Below, in pieces: positions 29,612 to 32,000 of a DNA stretch of 32,000 nucleotides. This stretch comes from Rikenellaceae bacterium (GTDB lineage: Bacteria; Bacteroidota; Bacteroidia; Bacteroidales; Rikenellaceae), in NCBI GenBank assembly GCA_047172885.1, contig JBCQVS010000020.1:5849-37848 (forward strand). The letters run 5' to 3'. Numbering within the stretch: the first letter of the stretch is position 1; each line of letters begins with the position of its first letter. A program made the position numbers and the translations under genes. Under the pieces are notes generated by a model. It did not search any database, was not told the origin of the DNA, and saw nothing but the letters and a program-made list of their open reading frames with translations.

Positions 29612-30133
29612 ATGATTATATACAAATTTAGAATGTTGAGCGACGAAAACGACCACTTCGTACGCGATTACCAGGTGCCTGCCACTATGAACTTGTTGGA
29701 ATTCCACCACTTCCTCATCGAGACCTTGGAGTATGAACCCTGCATCACCTCGTTCTTCACGGCCGATCGGCAGTGGGAGAAAACGGGGGAGTTTACCGCT
29801 GTCGATATGGGTTTTGAAGTGGAGGAGGGTGGTGATCCTGCGTTGGCTCCACGAGCTATGGAGAGCGTTGCGCTGTGCGATGTCCTGCACTATATGCACG
29901 ATAGGCTGATCTACAACTTCGATATCTTTGCTTCACGTGCTTACTACCTTGAACTTATTGAAGCTGAGGAGGTTACGGATGGTAAGTTATACCCTCGGGA
30001 GTGCTTTGCACACGCTACTCCTCCCGATCAATATGACCCTGATTCGTCGGTCGAGGATGGTTCGATCTTCGATGAGATGATGGGCGATTTCGACGATTTT
30101 GATGGTGACGACCACTATGATGACCAGTACTAA
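29612..30133 (+). CDS. Small conserved-looking protein with a strongly acidic C-terminal tail; possibly a pRiA4b ORF-3-like (PF07929-like) fold
   Basis: The 173-aa ORF opens with IYKFRMLSDENDHFVRDYQVPATMNLLEFHHFLIETLEY, which resembles the start of PRiA4_ORF3-type domains (from memory). The tail is DEMMGDFDDFDGDDHYDDQY. Its stop overlaps the miaA start region. Confidence 0.5.
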   Translation: MIIYKFRMLSDENDHFVRDYQVPATMNLLEFHHFLIETLEYEPCITSFFTADRQWEKTGEFTAVDMGFEVEEGGDPALAPRAMESVALCDVLHYMHDRLIYNFDIFASRAYYLELIEAEEVTDGKLYPRECFAHATPPDQYDPDSSVEDGSIFDEMMGDFDDFDGDDHYDDQY

Positions 30134-31037
30134 AAGGCAGCTTATAGTTGTGGTGGGGCCAACAGGATCGGGCAAGACTTCGCTTAGCATTACTCTGGCT
30201 CGCCACTTTGGGGTGCCTATTATTTCGACCGATTCGAGGCAGGTGTATAGGGGTATGGCCATCGGTACGGCGCAACCTACTGCGGAGGAGTTGGCAGCTG
30301 CTGAGCATCACTTTATCGCCTGCCGTGGGATCGACCAAGAGTTCAATTGTGGCGCTTACGAGGTGGAGGCTTTGGAGAGGTTGGAGGAGCTTTTTTTGAG
30401 CCACAAAAGGGTGATCGCTGTGGGTGGCTCGGGGCTCTATATCAAGGCGCTTTGTGAGGGTTTGGACGATCTACCTGAGGTGAGTGATGAGCTTCGCGAG
30501 GGGCTTCGTGAGAGGCTTTCGCAGGAGGGTTTGGAGCCGTTGTTGGAGGAGCTAAAGCGGTTAGATCCAGCGTTTTACCAGGTTGTTGATCGGTGTAATC
30601 CCTCGCGGGTTTTGCGAGCTTTAGAGGTCTCGATTGCCTCGGGTAGGCCCTACTCAGATTTTAGGTGCGGAGAGAAGCATAGGCGCGATTTTGAGATCAT
30701 CAAGGTGGGTATCGATATGCCTCGTGAGCAGTTATATGAGCGGATCAATCTCAGGGTCGATACGATGGTCAGCGAGGGGTTGGAGGCAGAGGCAAGAGGG
30801 CTCTATGCGCACCGTGCACTCAACTCGTTGCAGACGGTCGGCTATCGTGAATTCTTCGACTACTTCGATGGGACTGTGAGCCGCGAGGAGGCGATCGAGC
30901 TTGTGAAACGTAATTCGCGCAGGTATGCCAAACGGCAGATGACTTGGTTCCGCAAAGATGCTGATATAGATTGGTTTACATCGGCCGAGAAGGCTTTCGC
31001 AGAGTTGGCTATGAGGGGCATAGTCTGGAATTTATAG
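30117..31037 (+). CDS. miaA: tRNA dimethylallyltransferase (MiaA)
   Basis: It has the P-loop GPTGSGKT, and motifs ISTDSRQVYRGMAIGTAQPT and YAKRQMTWFR. The track ORF starts at TTG 30099. Plausible ATG starts are at 30102, 30117 and 30120, and all overlap the upstream ORF, which stops at 30131-30133. Confidence 0.93.
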   Translation: MMTSTKRQLIVVVGPTGSGKTSLSITLARHFGVPIISTDSRQVYRGMAIGTAQPTAEELAAAEHHFIACRGIDQEFNCGAYEVEALERLEELFLSHKRVIAVGGSGLYIKALCEGLDDLPEVSDELREGLRERLSQEGLEPLLEELKRLDPAFYQVVDRCNPSRVLRALEVSIASGRPYSDFRCGEKHRRDFEIIKVGIDMPREQLYERINLRVDTMVSEGLEAEARGLYAHRALNSLQTVGYREFFDYFDGTVSREEAIELVKRNSRRYAKRQMTWFRKDADIDWFTSAEKAFAELAMRGIVWNL

Positions 31038-31042
31038 AGGGC

Positions 31043-31112
31043 ATAATTCACAATTTATAATTTATAATTCACAATTTATAATTTATAATTCACAATTCAC
31101 AATTTAATTAAT
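31043..31112. repeat. AT-rich 21-bp tandem repeat (ATAATTCACAATTTATAATTT), two exact units plus about 1.3 decayed units
   Basis: 31043-31063 equals 31064-31084. A partial unit follows at 31085-31097, then CACAATTTAATTAAT. The array lies between the miaA stop and the tRNA-Leu promoter. Confidence 0.9.
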
Positions 31113-31120
31113 GGCAAAAT

Positions 31121-31151
31121 TTTGCAATTACCAATAATTTGACTACTTTTG
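31121..31151 (+). promoter_or_regulatory. Bacteroides-type promoter for tRNA-Leu: -33 TTTG, 19-nt spacer, -7 TACTTTTG
   Basis: TTTG is at 31121-31124 and TACTTTTG at 31144-31151. The -7 box ends 24 nt upstream of the mature tRNA 5' end. Confidence 0.6.
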
Positions 31152-31175
31152 TCGAACCTTAAACAAAAGGATGTT

Positions 31176-31264
31176 GCTCGGATGGTGGAATAGGTAGACA
31201 CGCCGGACTTAAAATCCTGTGGCCAGCAACGGCCGTGCGGGTTCGATTCCCGCTCCGAGTACCA
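31176..31264 (+). tRNA. tRNA-Leu (anticodon UAA), type II with a long variable arm and an encoded CCA
   Basis: I folded it by hand. The acceptor is GCTCGGA/TCCGAGT (G1-U72 wobble) and the D arm is GTG..CAC. The anticodon loop is CTTAAAA and its stem has one C-U mismatch. The variable arm is GGCC-agcaac-GGCC and the T arm is GCGGG-TTCGATT-CCCGC. The 3' end is A-CCA. Confidence 0.85.
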
Positions 31265-31266
31265 AT

Positions 31267-31311
31267 AAAGAGGGCTAATCTGCTAAATATCAGCAAGTTA
31301 GCCCTCTTTTT
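31267..31311 (+). terminator. Intrinsic terminator after tRNA-Leu
   Basis: AAAGAGGGCTAA (31267-31278) pairs with TTAGCCCTCTTT (31298-31309). An inner TGCT/AGCA extension adds to the stem, and a T-run follows. Confidence 0.75.
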
Positions 31312-31401
31312 AATTAGATAGTAGAACTATTCTTAGAACCTTTTGATCCATTTTTTTGTAAACTCCGCCAATGTTGAAGCAAAAAGGTATTTGCCTTTTT
31401 T

Positions 31402-31430
31402 GATATATCGTTAGATATATCTTTTTATTT
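31402..31430 (+). other. Self-complementary octamer GATATATC x2 (31402-31409, 31414-31421) followed by a T-run. It could be a hairpin terminator or a protein-binding palindrome.
   Basis: The sequence reads GATATATC-gtta-GATATATC-TTTTTATTT. It lies in an AT-rich noncoding stretch with no assigned upstream transcript. Confidence 0.3.
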
Positions 31431-31520
31431 ACTTCTCTTTACTTGTTATAAAATTTTGTAAGTGAGTTATAAGTTAGTTACAATGAAAATCATTTTGTTA
31501 TAAGTAAGTTGCAAAATGGC

Positions 31521-32000
31521 TTAAAATTCAAATATTTTGCGCTCAATGCGAAAAGTTACTCCACTATTACCATTCATAAAGATTTGATAGCCTCCGCCAA
31601 ATCGCCACTTGTCCGAGCTGTACTCTATTCCAACACCGACCGACATATCGGTTAACCCTTGACAAGTGAAGCTATTTAGATTGGCTGTAACACCCCAATG
31701 CTTGATAGGAGATTGCAAAGTTGTGGTATTCGTTGTCGTAGTATTGAATATCTTTGCATAATCAAGAGTAGTCCCAAATCCTGTAACACCTATCTCATAG
31801 ACACCATCTTCTTTGAATATTGATTGGATCATTGGTATGTTGACATCTACACTATCGGGCAGAACAATGTCAACTCCTGGCATGTGCGTTTTTTGCACAC
31901 ACCACCCAACTGCAACAAGAGAGTCTACAATCTGCATCTTCATCGCCTCATAGTTCACTACTGCTAACTTTGCTACTACTACATCTTCCGTAGGTGTAAC
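31521..32000 (-). CDS. Putative outer-membrane beta-barrel-like protein, probably 5'-truncated by the window edge
   Basis: The track ORF is 31521..31958 (GTG start), but the frame stays open to nt 32000 (own translation: VTPTEDVVVAKLAVV-NYEAMKMQ...). It has alternating-residue strands, a Gly-rich region and a C-terminal ...TFRIERKIFEF ending in Phe. Its GC is lower than in the rest of the window, by eye. Confidence 0.45.
   Translation of the reverse strand, partial: VTPTEDVVVAKLAVVNYEAMKMQIVDSLVAVGWCVQKTHMPGVDIVLPDSVDVNIPMIQSIFKEDGVYEIGVTGFGTTLDYAKIFNTTTTNTTTLQSPIKHWGVTANLNSFTCQGLTDMSVGVGIEYSSDKWRFGGGYQIFMNGNSGVTFRIERKIFEF

Noticed and set aside
31176-31264. tRNA-Leu as a possible pseudogene, because of a G1-U72 wobble and a C-U mismatch in the anticodon stem
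   Set aside because: The D arm, variable arm, T arm, anticodon loop, discriminator and encoded CCA are all intact. The gene also has a consensus promoter and a strong terminator. A tRNAscan-SE score should confirm this.

Overview
This is a Bacteroidota-type chromosomal segment (about 50% GC by eye), shown by a SusC/SusD pair, lipoprotein signals and TTTG/TAnnTTTG promoters, and it is dominated by glycan-utilisation genes.
- 1-5411: tail of a beta-glucan-type PUL operon. It holds a truncated surface-protein gene, a GH3, a PKD-GH16 laminarinase-like lipoprotein and a beta-glucuronidase-like GH2.
- 5544-8901: non-PUL insert. An ACT-domain protein and a phenylacetate-CoA ligase lie on the minus strand, divergent from a permease fused to a heavy-metal-associated domain.
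- 8877-27432: second PUL. A minus-strand GH3-GH78 operon is divergent from a membrane-anchored TPR/LuxR-HTH regulator. Downstream come susC/susD homologs, a LysO/DUF340 transporter split by one in-frame TAG, a LacZ-like GH2 and a GH63-like hydrolase. A GH43 with its own consensus promoter sits behind a highly structured repeat region.
- 27699-31264: housekeeping lepA, a small acidic protein overlapping miaA, and tRNA-Leu(UAA).
- 31265-32000: visibly AT-richer DNA with a truncated minus-strand beta-barrel-like ORF.
I found no CRISPR array, no transposase, integrase or recombinase, and no recognisable defence or toxin-antitoxin genes. I cannot point to a new protein-coding system. The most unusual content is noncoding or architectural:
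- a 41-bp perfect inverted repeat with nested tandem arrays (26169-26404) abutting the GH43 promoter;
- related short repeats bracketing GH43;
- a helically phased TTGTAG motif upstream of susC that recurs at the inner ends of that inverted repeat;
- a non-canonical transmembrane TPR-LuxR PUL regulator;
- a LysO-family transporter embedded in the PUL.
All family calls are by eye from motifs, with no database search.
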